From Octopus sinensis (taxonomy: Eukaryota): 64,000 nt of DNA. Below, in pieces: positions 26,340 through 38,280 of the stretch. Position numbers and translations under genes: made by a program. The stretch spans positions 32,550,001 to 32,614,000 of the forward strand of contig NC_043005.1 of NCBI RefSeq assembly GCF_006345805.1, read 5' to 3'. The notes beneath the pieces are model-generated. The model was not told the DNA's origin and did no database searches. It saw nothing but the letters and a program-made list of their open reading frames with translations. The stretch's first letter is position 1. The number at the start of each line of letters is the position of its first letter.

Positions 26340-28601
26340 CAAAGCAACCTCAGTTCTTGAATGTCTCACATATCAAACAAATCCATTTTCAAACAGAAAA
26401 TTCGAGATGAGAATGCCTTGGTTATTGAACAAAATTTCAGTTCTCAAACAACATTGCTGAACTCAGCTGAACTGAATTAACCCAAACGGAATCATTTCTG
26501 TGTCAACCACTGTGTTGTATACATTTCTGCGTTGTGCTGTGTTTTACTTTTCCAATTTTATTGCACTGTGCCTTTTTTCTCTTCATTAGCCTTTAGTCAT
26601 GGCTCCAAAGAAAGCTAGCAGTGATACTGATAAAAGAAAAAGAAAAGTTGAGAGAAAAACAATTGAAGTGAAGAAAGAAATCATTGCAAGACACGGAAAT
26701 GGTGTTTGAGTGTCAAATCTCACTGAGCAGTATGGTATGCCTAAACCGACAATATCTACTATTCTAAAAAATAAGGAAGTGATAAAAGCAGCTGTTGTTG
26801 CAAAAGGAGTGACTGTTATTAATTAACAAAGACCAAAGATGCTGCTTATTTTTATAAATGAGAAACAGTTAACAGGTGACAATGTCAGTGAAGCATTTAT
26901 TTATGAGACAGCATTAGAAATTTATAATGATCTAGTAAAGACAACCCCTGGTACAAGTGCTGAAAGTGATACTTTTGAATTCCAAGCTAGTAGAAGCTGG
27001 TTCTAGAAATTTAAGAACAGAAGTGACACAGTGTAATTAGGCATGAAGAGGTGGCAAGTTCAAACAAGAAAGTGACTGAGAAAGTTTTGATTGAGTTTAG
27101 TGACTTGATAAAGAAAGGAGGTTATCTTCCCCTACAGATGTTTATGGGGGATGAAACAGGATTATTTTGGAAATAAATGCCAAATAGGACCTATATTACT
27201 AAGGAGGGAAAAGCATTGCCAGGGCACAAGCCAATAAAAGATAGACTTCCTCTTTTGCTATGCGGCAACACAAGTGGCACTTTCAAGGTCAAGCCATTGC
27301 TTGTTTACCATTCCAATAATCCAAGGGTTTTCAAAAGAAAAAAATGTTATGAAGAGTAAATTGCCTGTTATGTGGCAGGCTAATATGAAGGCTTGGATAA
27401 CCAAAAAATTTTCTTAATTGAGTGGATTCATGAAGTTTTTGCCCTGAGTATTAAAAAAATATCTGCAAGAAAAAAACTTGCCATAAAATGCCTTCTCATG
27501 TTAGACAATGCTCCCGCTCACCTTCCAGGTTTGGAGGATGACTTAGTTGAAAAGTTTGATTTTATTCAGGTCAAATACCTTCCACCTAACACAACTCCTC
27601 TAATACAACCAATGGACCAACAGGTTGTTGCAAACTAAGAAACTTTACATAAAAGCCCTGTTTTGTAAGTGTTTTCAAATCACTAATGACACTCAGTTAA
27701 TTCTCAGAGAATTTTGGAAAAATCATTTCCGTATCCTGAATTGTGTTTATCTTATTGATAATGCATAGAACCAAGTGAGTTATAGAACCATGAATTCAGT
27801 ATGGAGGAAACTTTGGCCAGACTGTGTACTATAATGAGACTTTGAGGGGGTTGAGACAGCTACAAGTACTGCTGCTGTCAAAGAAATTGCTATTGTTGAA
27901 GATATTGTCTCTATGGGAACAACAATGTACTTGGATGTCGACAGTGAAGATATTGAAGAGCTGGTGGAAGACCACGGTACCGAGCTTACCACCAAAGAAC
28001 TTGCACACCTTCAAAATGAACAGCAAAAGACTTTGGCTCAGGAAATGTCTTCTGGGGAGGAGGAAGGAAAGGAGGATGTTGCAACTTCTTTAATCAAAGA
28101 AATTTGTGCTAAATGGGTTGATGTGCAAAGTTTTGTGGGAAAATATCGCCCTGATACAGTGATAGCAAATAGAGCAGTAAACCTTTTCAATGACAATGTC
28201 TTGTCTCATTTTAGAAAAATTTTACAATGCAGGCAAAACAACTAACATTGGACAGGTTTTTACTGAAAGAAAAAAGAAAAGAAACCCCAGAGAAAGAATT
28301 ACCTGAACTAAAGAGACAGAGAAGGGAATCCCCTTCCCTGAAAACAGTTACCAGAAGTTTTTATGGAAGGGGATACCCCTTCTAAGAAATAACACTTTTG
28401 TGTGTTATTTACAGTTTGAATAAACGTTTTTCTACTAAAATATTTAGTGTAAGCATGTGAATAAGCATTCATCTGGTGCTTGGAAATGAGTTAATCTCTT
28501 TTACATAAATTTTAATGGAAAAAAATGATTTGGTTCTTGAACAATTCAGTTTTAGAACAGACTTTCAGAACAAATTATGGTTGAGGACCTAGGTTCTTCT
28601 G
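26340..28601 (+). mobile_element. Near full-length Tigger/pogo DNA transposon (decayed)
   Basis: TA-flanked diverged TIRs (CAAAGCAACCTCAGTTCTTG / reverse CAGAAGAACCTAGGTCCTC) around a complete but broken transposase. Confidence 0.9.
26599..28392 (+). pseudogene. TIGD1/Tigger-like transposase pseudogene
   Basis: MAPKK...psq HTH, ASRSWF, DETGLFW, MPNRTYIT, LLMLDNAPAH, LPPNTTPLIQPMDQQV. Multiple stops and frameshifts. Confidence 0.92.
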
Positions 28602-28759
28602 TATTTTAGGTTTTATTCAAACTCTTCTCTCCACCACTTCTTTAGACAGTGGTCAAATCAGTCTGTGATGTGTGGTGGTGACCACATATGTCAAATTTTG
28701 GTCAAATGGTCTGTGAAGGTTATAAATGTAACCCCATCCTTTCTTCTGACTAAACTAAC

Positions 28760-29100
28760 CAGTTAACAAAGCTGGCCTTCTTCAGTGTACAGTGGACATT
28801 CTTCAGTATGAAGTTGAAACCTGGTCTCTGAAAAGGAGCTTCAAGATTACCTTCAAGATTTTTAAGAAGGGCACCAAACATCTCATTGCACTGACACAAG
28901 ACTGAAAAGGAGATTTATAGACATATTCCACCCATCACTACTATTGTTGCTCACTGTAGAGTAGGCATTACTGGTTACTCCTAATTATGCTGCACATTAA
29001 GCCATATCAGGTGTTGTATTTTGGACATTTCCAAATGCAGGATGAAGGCTACTCAAGTACATTGCTATTGGCAGAGGGAGACATACAACATGAAATTGAA
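28760..29100 (+). mobile_element. Degenerate RTE-like ORF2 C-terminal fragment
   Basis: TKLAFF...ILQYEVETWSL...KEIYRHIPPIT (cf. LLYG.ETW). Confidence 0.5.
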
Positions 29101-29484
29101 GATATATAAAATCAGTAGTGGTCAGAGATTCCTGTGAGGTGAATACTACATTGCAATTGTTGCTAATTGATGGAAAATAGTAGATACTTTACTGTTGTCT
29201 TCTTGATTGTAGTTTTCTTTTCATTCATTCATCTCTTTCGTTTTATTTTTTCTGGCTAAATTACTTCATAGCCTTTTGTTTTGTTCTTCACAATTGTGAT
29301 GTTTAAAATTTGTTCCTACTTTGTTAAAGTTTTAGTTTCTTAGCAGCTACTCTAGTGGATTATTTAACTCTATTTATATAACTCTATTTTGGATATTTTA
29401 TTAATTGCTACAAGTTTTTTATACTTTTTTTAGTTTTATGACTTTTCTAGCTGTAAATTTAAGTTAATAAAACTAGTTTAGGAG

Positions 29485-29790
29485 CAAGACTAGATTAAAA
29501 CCCATAGAGGCCCTGAGCACTTAAAAGATTTCAGTGCTTCATATATATGTGGTTCAAAATATAAACAATAATGAACCATAAAATATATTTTTACTTTTCA
29601 AAATCAATAGTAAGACGGAAAATAATGTTTATTTTTGTATATTTTAACTATATATATATTTGAAAAGTTTCCTCCAACTTTTTTTAATTGCAAAGTCTTT
29701 GATCAGATCCTCAAAATTAATCTTATGTAACACACCTGCTTCTATACTTAGAGATAGGGCATCCTGAATATTATTGTAGCAGGTTTAAAG
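29485..29790 (-). mobile_element. hAT transposon 3' end fragment
   Basis: Minus strand reads DALSLSIEAGVLHKINFEDLIKDFAIKK (hAT C-terminal dimerisation region). TIR-like CAAGACTAGATTAAAACCCATAGAGGCCCT at the left edge. Confidence 0.7.
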
Positions 29791-32099
29791 TGATTCCTTT
29801 TGTACTGGTGACCCCTCCCTCCCATCCTCCCTGGTTTAGGAGTGATGACAGCTGTAGTGTTTCTGTACAAAATATTCTTTGATGAATTCCACGATTTCCA
29901 TCAGCTCATTCTCAAACTAGCAGCCATTCTCATTATGGAATTAAATCTTGGATATTCTGATATCGGTATATACTCTTAGGCAAGGTAGAGGGCTCTCCTT
30001 CCCTTAGTGAAAATACTACCAGAGGTTAGTCATTAAGTTAGAAATGAAGATGGGAACTGATTCAGGCTAATTAACTGAGTATAGCAATTCCATTTGACTT
30101 GAGAAGGACATGAATATCACTCAATCTCACAATGCCTATCACTGACGCTTAATCAGGTCATCTCTCTCTCTTCCCTCTGCAAATTCAGTCTATTTCGGCA
30201 CTTCTCAATGTGGAAAATTTTATATGGGCACCAAGAAAAAAGGGGATGCCGGGGAGTCTTAGATGATTCTTTACAGTTTTTAGTCTTTGGCTTTGATTGA
30301 AATATTAATTTTCATTGCTTGTTAGTCATCATCACCAGCAACAATTACAATATTAGTAATAATGATGGACTTTGAAATATAAAATAAATAAATTAACATA
30401 ATCTGTGTTTGTAAATAATAAACAATATGCGTAAGTATAATTGTCAAAATTAGTTGGTATTTCCACACATACAATAAAGGTAGCCACTGCATGTTAGGTC
30501 ATGTCTCAACTTGAAATATGCAAATATATTGATATGTAAATGTTTGTTGTTGATTCTAGCTATGAGTATAAACAGAATTTTAAACTTTCATATGGGCAGA
30601 GAAATTAATGTTTGTAGATAATATAGAAAATGGAATATAAGAATGTTTCAACTGGTTTCCACACAGGGTATAATATGAAGCACAAAGAATATATACCCGA
30701 GTTTGTTTGAAGTCACAAGCTAAAATTTGGGGCTGGTAGTCACCTGTATCAAACTAGTACCAGAATCAAATTACCCTGGCCTAATAATATGTGTATATGT
30801 AATGACTAAAAAGAGTTTGAGAAGCATTAACCTATCTGAAAAATAGTAGGTGTACAATATCTGTTATGACATTTTCTGTTAATATTTGTAGAATTAATTA
30901 TATTAAAGCAGAGCAAGAAATAATAAGGCCCAAAAAGTGCAGAAGAACAAAAAAAAAAAAAATGATATTACTCATTTGAAATTTTGGATAAAACTAAAAA
31001 TATTAGTACCATTAATTCAGAAAACATCATAGCTCTCAAATCCAACAAGCTTATTATATTTCTTTTTATATTAACTCTTTTCTGCCATGAAGAGTCCTTA
31101 ATTATTTTCATGAATTCTCTATTTGCTACATAAAATCAGTTTTATTGGAAAGGTTGTTTCTTTGTTGTCGTATCTCTGGTGAATTTTAATCGAATGTTTC
31201 TAAACTTAGTTTATAAAGCACTATTCTAAATTTCATTTTATGTTCATCTGTCAGAATTTGTCTCTGGGAATTACTAAAATTTCTTCTTAAAAAAATCTTG
31301 TAGCATGTATCTTCATGTAAACATCATGTCAAAAATATTGCTAAGCTATATTTATTTAAAATTTAGCTGTTTGATGGCATTATCTATTGAAGCAAATCTT
31401 TAAGTTTGATATCTTTTGGCTTATACTTAAGAATATATTCTGGGATTCTTGCACAGGTTCCTGCTTCCTGTGTTTTTCTTCTGTATTAATCACAATTTAA
31501 ATGTATGTTCCTTGTATAATTTTCTAGATGAATTCTGAAGTTAGATGCATATATTTATTTATAGAGTGTGTGTATGTGTGTGTTTGTGCATGCATACACA
31601 TACATCTCTATCTCTCTCTTCCTCCAACCTGCTCTTGATGTTCACTTTTGGTTATGTAGGTGTTGATTAAAAACTGTTTTACTACAAAGATAAAGTCCTC
31701 CCCAAGAGATACTTAACCAACTTCTGTATGCTTTATTTAAAAAAAAACTATCATAAAAGATATAAACATGCACAAACATGTATACATGTATGAAGGTGTG
31801 TATAAAGGGGGGTGTATGTGATACCCATTTCCCTTTTTTTTTCGTCTATATTTTGAGATTTTATGTTTTTAAAGAATTATATTTTGTGTTTACTTGATAA
31901 AATTTATTATGAATTAATATTTTTATTTTCTCATTTTTTTTCATAAATCCTGTTCTTGGTTAAATTTCTTTTTAACTGTTCTTTATTCTCCTTTTTGTTG
32001 GCTGTAAATTAAAGAATATTTTGTCTATTGTAGCGATTGTACATGGCATTTTTAAAACTATTTCTCTGTTGCTACATTTTAATTGAGTAAAAACCTCTC

Positions 32100-32134
<35 letters not shown>

Positions 32135-33149
32135 CACACACGTAGTGTTTTATTGAACTGAAGATGTTCTCACATTGGAAACAAGGAGTACAGAATAATA
32201 TTTACAGATTATTTACCCGCAGTTGTTAGTAAGGCAGAAAGCAGTAATTGTACATAGTTGACAATGACATTGTGTTGGTATGTTTGTCACTTGTTGCTTG
32301 TTGTGTTCTACTGGTAGAGAGAGAAAGAGTAAGGATTGCACTCTGCTGACAGAGAGGAAGAAAGGATAGATGGCATTGTTTTTTTTTTATTCTACAAACA
32401 CAAAAGATTCCACCTTTGTTTGACAAGCAACAAGCAAGTGGATTCAATTTCAAATCTCAGGCAGGGCCAAGCAAGGTCCCTACATATTTACTGAAAGTAA
32501 TTTATGAAAATATATAAAACAATCATGAAGTTTTGTGACACTTATTGTATTGTTGTTGATGGTGATAGTTTGTGTAGAATTAATCCATTTCTTTATCTAT
32601 TCAATGCATGACCCATAGGTATAATGGATTATATGGGTTTGTTGTAGAGGAATTAGGATTAACATAAACTAATCTGATATTAACTTCATATCACTGAGCT
32701 TGTCAGAAACCCCTGTTATCAGAGAGTTCACATTTAGAGTGAAGCCTCAATCACAAACTTGGCATTATGGATAATGATTAATTTCTGCTGGTAAATATTT
32801 TTTTAAGGTTTTATTCCAAACAAAGAAATAAAAAAAATAAAAAAAATAGTTGAGTGAACCCTTCCAAATTCTTGGAAAATTAATTGGAGCATGTAAAAAT
32901 ATGATCATGAAAGAGTTGAATTAGGAAACCAAAGTGTGGAATTGACAAGTATGTGAAACAAAAATCTTGAGATTTACCAACTGAGAATGAACCTGTAAAA
33001 CTGCTTCTCATGTTCTGAAACGCAATGCTTTAAGCAGAAAACCCTAGTGACATACCCAGTACGTGATTATAATGGCGTTTACTTATTGCGGAATCTGAGA
33101 TGGTTAAAAGTAAGCTATACCAGCAGGAAAGGGAGAAACATATGTGAAA

Positions 33150-33700
33150 GATAGTTTATCAAAAGTAAAAGCATCATCTAGAAATAGAATTATATTTTTA
33201 TCATCTGCAAATATATAGTTCAGGACTAGCTGCCTATTGAAGGTTTGGTGACAGTTAACTAGAAGTGTTAGGAGGTTGATGACAGCTGGCTGGAAGTGAG
33301 GTAGAATGTCTACTTCTGGGTGATGACAGATGCTAGGTTATAGTGACATTTGGCTGGAAGTCTAATGGTGTGAGGGTGTGATCAGGCCTCAAGTTTTAAG
33401 ATGGGATAATAGAGGTCAGCTTGTTACTTTGGCAGTTGAAAAAGTCTTTCAGGATATTATGACAGTATAGTTATGATTGCTCAATAAGGTCAAGGAAGTT
33501 GTACCATCTAAGTTTGGAGAATATCATCAATAAAGAGTCAATACTTATATTTATATTGTTCAATGTTGTGATCAACACTATTTAAAATCTCAATCAGTTA
33601 AGATCCATAGTTTCCACATTATACTTCAAACTGAACATCAGGTATTTGAAATAACCAGGAGAGTGGATTTGCTGTAAAGATTTTACATTGTTATGATTAA
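33150..33700 (-). mobile_element. Degenerate LINE RT fragment
   Basis: YIFADD on the minus strand at ~33200-33218. The rest is heavily decayed. Confidence 0.35.
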
Positions 33701-34041
33701 TGACATGCACTATATACTTGTTCTTTATTTCAGCTTTATTATTATTCTTATTTTAGTGTCCTTTGTCTGAAATCTTTCATCACACATCCTGTGACTGCCT
33801 GCAGGATGGAGAGTTGCTGAAGAGGTCACAAGATGTGTGATGAATGATTTTAGACAAGGACACTAAAGTAAGAATAATAATAAAGCTGGAGTGAAGACGA
33901 AGTATATAGTGCATGTACTTAACTGGCAAAAATATTGCAGTATTTGTTTCAACACACAATTTCACATCAGGAATGTTGCGAAACAAATACATAAACATAA
34001 AATGATTTTATGATATCAACTAAGAACTGTAATCAGATGTT

Positions 34042-34174
34042 ATATTATACATTTTTATTACATTTATGAAGGACTATTTTCTATCTGTTCTGGAAATATT
34101 ATACACTTTTAGCATTATATTTCCAGAAGGGTTAAAAGATAGTCCTTCAAGAAATGTAATAAAAGTGTATATTA
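34042..34174. repeat. Imperfect palindrome / small foldback element
   Basis: TATACATTTTTATTACATTTATGAAGGACTAT...TTCTGGAAATAT pairs with ATATTTCCAGAA...ATAGTCCTTCAAGAAATGTAATAAAAGTGTATA. Confidence 0.75.
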
Positions 34175-34200
34175 TTTCTGTCAAAGTAAAAACCAAATTA

Positions 34201-35882
34201 TCTATATACTACTAAAACTCCCTGATTGCTTGCTTGCTTGCTTGCTCTTTTGCTTGTCTGTCATTTAATACAGCCAAACTGACACATAATGGGAAAATAC
34301 TGTGAATTAAGGTACTCCTGAAATGTGAATGCAAATATAATAAAACAAGTCTCCTGAGATATGGAGTGGTTTTGGAGTATTCATAAATATCCAAAACAGT
34401 GCATAATAACATAACCCTGAAAGGGAAGAAACTGTAACCTTTCGATTAGAGACATGATCAATGTCTTGTGTATTTTGAAGTGAAACTTCATATCCTGGGC
34501 AAAAGTCTTAGTGACTTTAACTTGCCAATGAAAAAATATGAGTTGTTTTTACAGAAAATGTTTCTGTTTTCACTTTTGTTAAACACAATATTTTAATCAT
34601 GTAGAAATATTTTTAAGTGAATGTGATTTCAAAAATACAAGTTGTTTGTACAGTAAACATTTATATTTTAGTTTTCTTTAAATAGACAATATTTTAATTT
34701 AAAAAAAAATTCTTTTCAAGGGTAAATATTTTGTAAAGGATCTGTTTGTAATTTGGTGTGAATTTTCTTCCACAGGTTTTCTTGAGTGCATTCAATGTAC
34801 CTGACCTCCAAACCTGCCACAAGCCACTTTTTTTTCCAGAAAAGAAAAGGGTGGAGGGATGGGGACCTCGGAGTTTTCCAGGAAACTTTGAGTTTCTCAT
34901 CAACAGTTTTGTTTCACAAGTTTTTTTTTCTTTTCCAGGTTATTTCATATGCTTTCAATGAATGTAACATCGAAATCAGACATAAACTTCTTTCCCCAGA
35001 AAAGGAAAGATTTGGCTGCTATTTCTAGCATGCTCTGATACCATGTAACTGTTATTTGCATTAAAGGACCCGGTATAGCTGTTATGTGCTAGCAAGGCAT
35101 ACTAGAAATAGCAGCCGAATCTTTCCTTTTCTGGGGAAAGGAGCAGTTTATACATGATTTTGATGCTACGTTCGTTGAAAGCATGTGAAATAACCTGGAA
35201 AAGAAAAAAAAACCCACAAAACAAAACTCTGTTGGTAGGAAACTCCGAGATCCCCACCATACTTCTACCTCTTTCTCTTTTGGAAAAAGTGTGGCTTGTG
35301 GCAGGTTTGGAGGTCAGATACATTGAATGCACTCAAAAAAACCTATGGAAAAAAATTATTTCACACTGAGGTACGAACAGGTCCTTTATGAAATATTTAC
35401 CCAAGATGGGGACAGGCATGTGAATAGAAGGAGCAATGAAACTGATAAAGCAAGGGCTGAGCATCTGGTGGAACAGAGGGAGACAGAAGCAGGAGAGATC
35501 AGAAATCAGACACTCGGAGAGCTCAGAAATCAGACACTCGGAGAGCTGAGCATTGAGCAAAACAGAGGCGAAGAGACAAAAGCAGGAGACATCATGAATC
35601 GGATGCTCATGTGAATACAAATGGAATAAAACAAGTTTCATGTAAATTAGATCACAGGTTACCGAGATACATAGTTTTTTCAGGTACCTTTATAAATAGC
35701 CAAACCAGTGTTTGGCTTTTTATAATGGGGAAAATGTTTTGAAAATAAAGTACCATTGAAATGTGAATACAAACAAAATAATACAAGTTTTACGTAAATC
35801 AAACCACAGCATCCTGAAACACGCAGTTTTTTTTTTGGATACCTTGAACTATTGGTGACCCAGTGGGTCATGGGTAATCTAG
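34201..35882 (+). mobile_element. Probable non-autonomous Helitron
   Basis: 5' A|TCTATATACTACTAAAAC followed by (TGCT)n. 3' hairpin TGACCC-AGT-GGGTCA (35856-35870), 8 nt, then CTAG|T. Three internal related direct repeats (~34288, ~35609, ~35724). Confidence 0.6.
34716..35405. repeat. Long inverted repeat (arms about 34716-35033 and 35097-35405)
   Basis: The arms are diverged reverse complements. The ORF track shows mirrored peptides MHSMYLTSKPATSH...SPEKERFGCYF on both strands. Confidence 0.92.
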
Positions 35883-36312
35883 TAGTTTACTAAAACTGTT
35901 GGAAAACTGAGATAAAAATAAGCAATATCATCAGTTTTGAAGCAGCAGATATCAGTTCCAATTAAACAAAAAGTTATCATCTCATCAGCATTTAATTTTT
36001 CTTTCTAGTTTCTAATTACTTTTTTTTAAAATTTGTTTTGAATCTATTTAACTTGTTGGTAGAAATTCAGATTTCTCTCACTATTTTGTGATTATTAATT
36101 AACTACAGGCTATCAATTATGAGACACTGCAACTATTTTAACATGTGCAGTCAACCATGCTGTAGATTTTCATTACTGAAAGAATTTCACCATCTTCTGA
36201 CAAACCTCTTTGTTTTTCCTTAATTTTTTTTAGTAATTTTCTTTTTTATTTTCTTGAAAAGGATAAACTTGAAAGGTATTGTGAAAATTGTAGCTAAACA
36301 CACATGCGTGTG

Positions 36313-36344
<32 letters not shown>

Positions 36345-36479
36345 TCCATTATACTAATCCCTTCCTTTTCCTCAGTCCCTTCCATATTCTTGCTCCCTCA
36401 ACACTGTTACTTTCCCTACCACCTTTCTCTTTCACAACTATAAATCTCTTTCTGTTATACTCCACACTCTCTAATCACC

Positions 36480-36538
<59 letters not shown>

Positions 36539-36579
36539 GAGTGAGAGAGCACTCAAAGTGATACTGGGGTAAAATATAC

Positions 36580-36644
36580 TATAACCTTGGGCTGACCAAA
36601 ACCTTGTGAATGGATTTGGTAGATGGGAACTGAAAGAAGCCTGT

Positions 36645-36676
<32 letters not shown>

Positions 36677-36845
36677 CTTGTGTGTCTATGTCTGCATAAC
36701 TTAGCGTTTCGGCAAAAGAGACCAATAGAATAAGTACTAGGCTAATAAAGAATAGGTCCTGGGATAAATCTGTTGAACTAAAGGCAGTGCTCTAGCATGG
36801 CTGCAGTCAAATGACTGAAACACGTATAAGAATAAAAGAAAAGAA
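36580..36845 (+). mobile_element. SINE family A, 5'-truncated, with internal (TG)n
   Basis: Matches 45725-46080. Confidence 0.85.
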
Positions 36846-36964
36846 TTATTATTATTATTGTTGTTGTTGTTGCTATTATTATTATTATCATTATTATCAT
36901 TATTCTGCACTATCAGTGCAGTTCTGTGTACCTTGAGTATGTGCATTGGTTTGTTTTGGTGTTA

Positions 36965-38280
36965 TTATTAGTGTATCGAAGGTGCTCTATGTAAGTGATG
37001 TGTGGTGCCAAGCAGTGTTATTTTCTATTCAATATATTCCTATGTCCAGGTGCTTTCATTGTGTATTTGTCTGCATGTGTTGTTGACCTATTATTACAGG
37101 AATTGTTTGTTTTCAGGTTCCACGTTTAAGTTATTTCTGTTTCCAGATCTTAGTTTACTTATAGTTTCATAATTTCTTTGAGAGGTACTTTGGATTGTTA
37201 TGTTGATTAGAAGGTCTTTTTTCTTGGTCATTCCTCACAACAATATCTGACTTTGGTCCTTCTATCTGTGTGTATTGGCATATCCCAGAGTATGATTTGA
37301 TTTGTTATTTTCTGAAATCTTTTTCGTTATATCATCACTTTTCAGTTGACATTCCATAGTGCTGACACAACTGCCAGTGTATATAAGTCCCAATTCTGTC
37401 ATGTCTATGGATATATTCTTTCTTGGTTACGACTGGGCAGCCAGAGACAATATCATTTATTGTTTCCTCTCCATTCCCACATATTCTGCAGTTACTTTTA
37501 CATTCTGCTTCATTATATGTTTTTGGTGGGGAGGCTCTGATCTTGTGCTGCAGTTAAAAACCTTTCAGTCTCTGCTCTGAGGTCGGTGCTTCTCAGCCAG
37601 TGTTGGGATTTTACTTTGTCTATTTCTTTTCTGTTTAGCTTATCCTAGTATTTATGTGTAAGGGCTGCTCATGCCTGTTTTATCTTCACATTATTAAGGG
37701 GATTGTTTCTGTTGACAGTCTTCACATTCTGGGTGTTTCTATTCCCAGATCTTTATTTTTAAATAACTTCTGTATTTCTTAGAAATACATTACTGTCTGC
37801 TGGGACTATAACTTAAGTTAGGGGGCACTTGCTTTCTTGACAATTCTTCACAGTGATATCTGGTCAATAACCCTCAATTTTCCAGTCTGTATGGATTGAC
37901 ATATCCCAGACTGTGGGTTACTTTGTTATTCTCTGATACCTTTTCTATGTTTACATGAACTTGTGTCTTGATATTCCATAATGATGATGTAACTCAGTGT
38001 ATGAAAGTTTCAACCTAGTCATACATGAAGATCCGTTCTCTCTTGGTTAAGACTGGACACCCAGAGAGAGTCAAAGTAGTACATGGTTTCTTCCCAATCT
38101 CCACATATTTTGTAATGAATATATTTTGCTTCATGAAATACTTTTTATAGTTTCTGATGTGAAGGTTTTCATCTTTTGTTGCAGTAAAAATCCTTTCTCT
38201 GAGTCCTGCCTTTGCTCAGCCATTCCTACGATTTTTCTTAATTTATTTCAAGTCTTTTGATATCATTTGTTGTAAGCCTT
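36965..38280 (-). mobile_element. Two adjacent 3' fragments of an R4/Dong-like REL LINE
   Basis: CCHC knuckle CRICGNGEETINDIVSGCPV..KEYIHRHD...IHWQLC (~37370-37495), ILWDMPIHTDR, and terminal KITLLGT.HI. A second diverged copy of the knuckle region lies at ~37880-38230. Confidence 0.8.
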
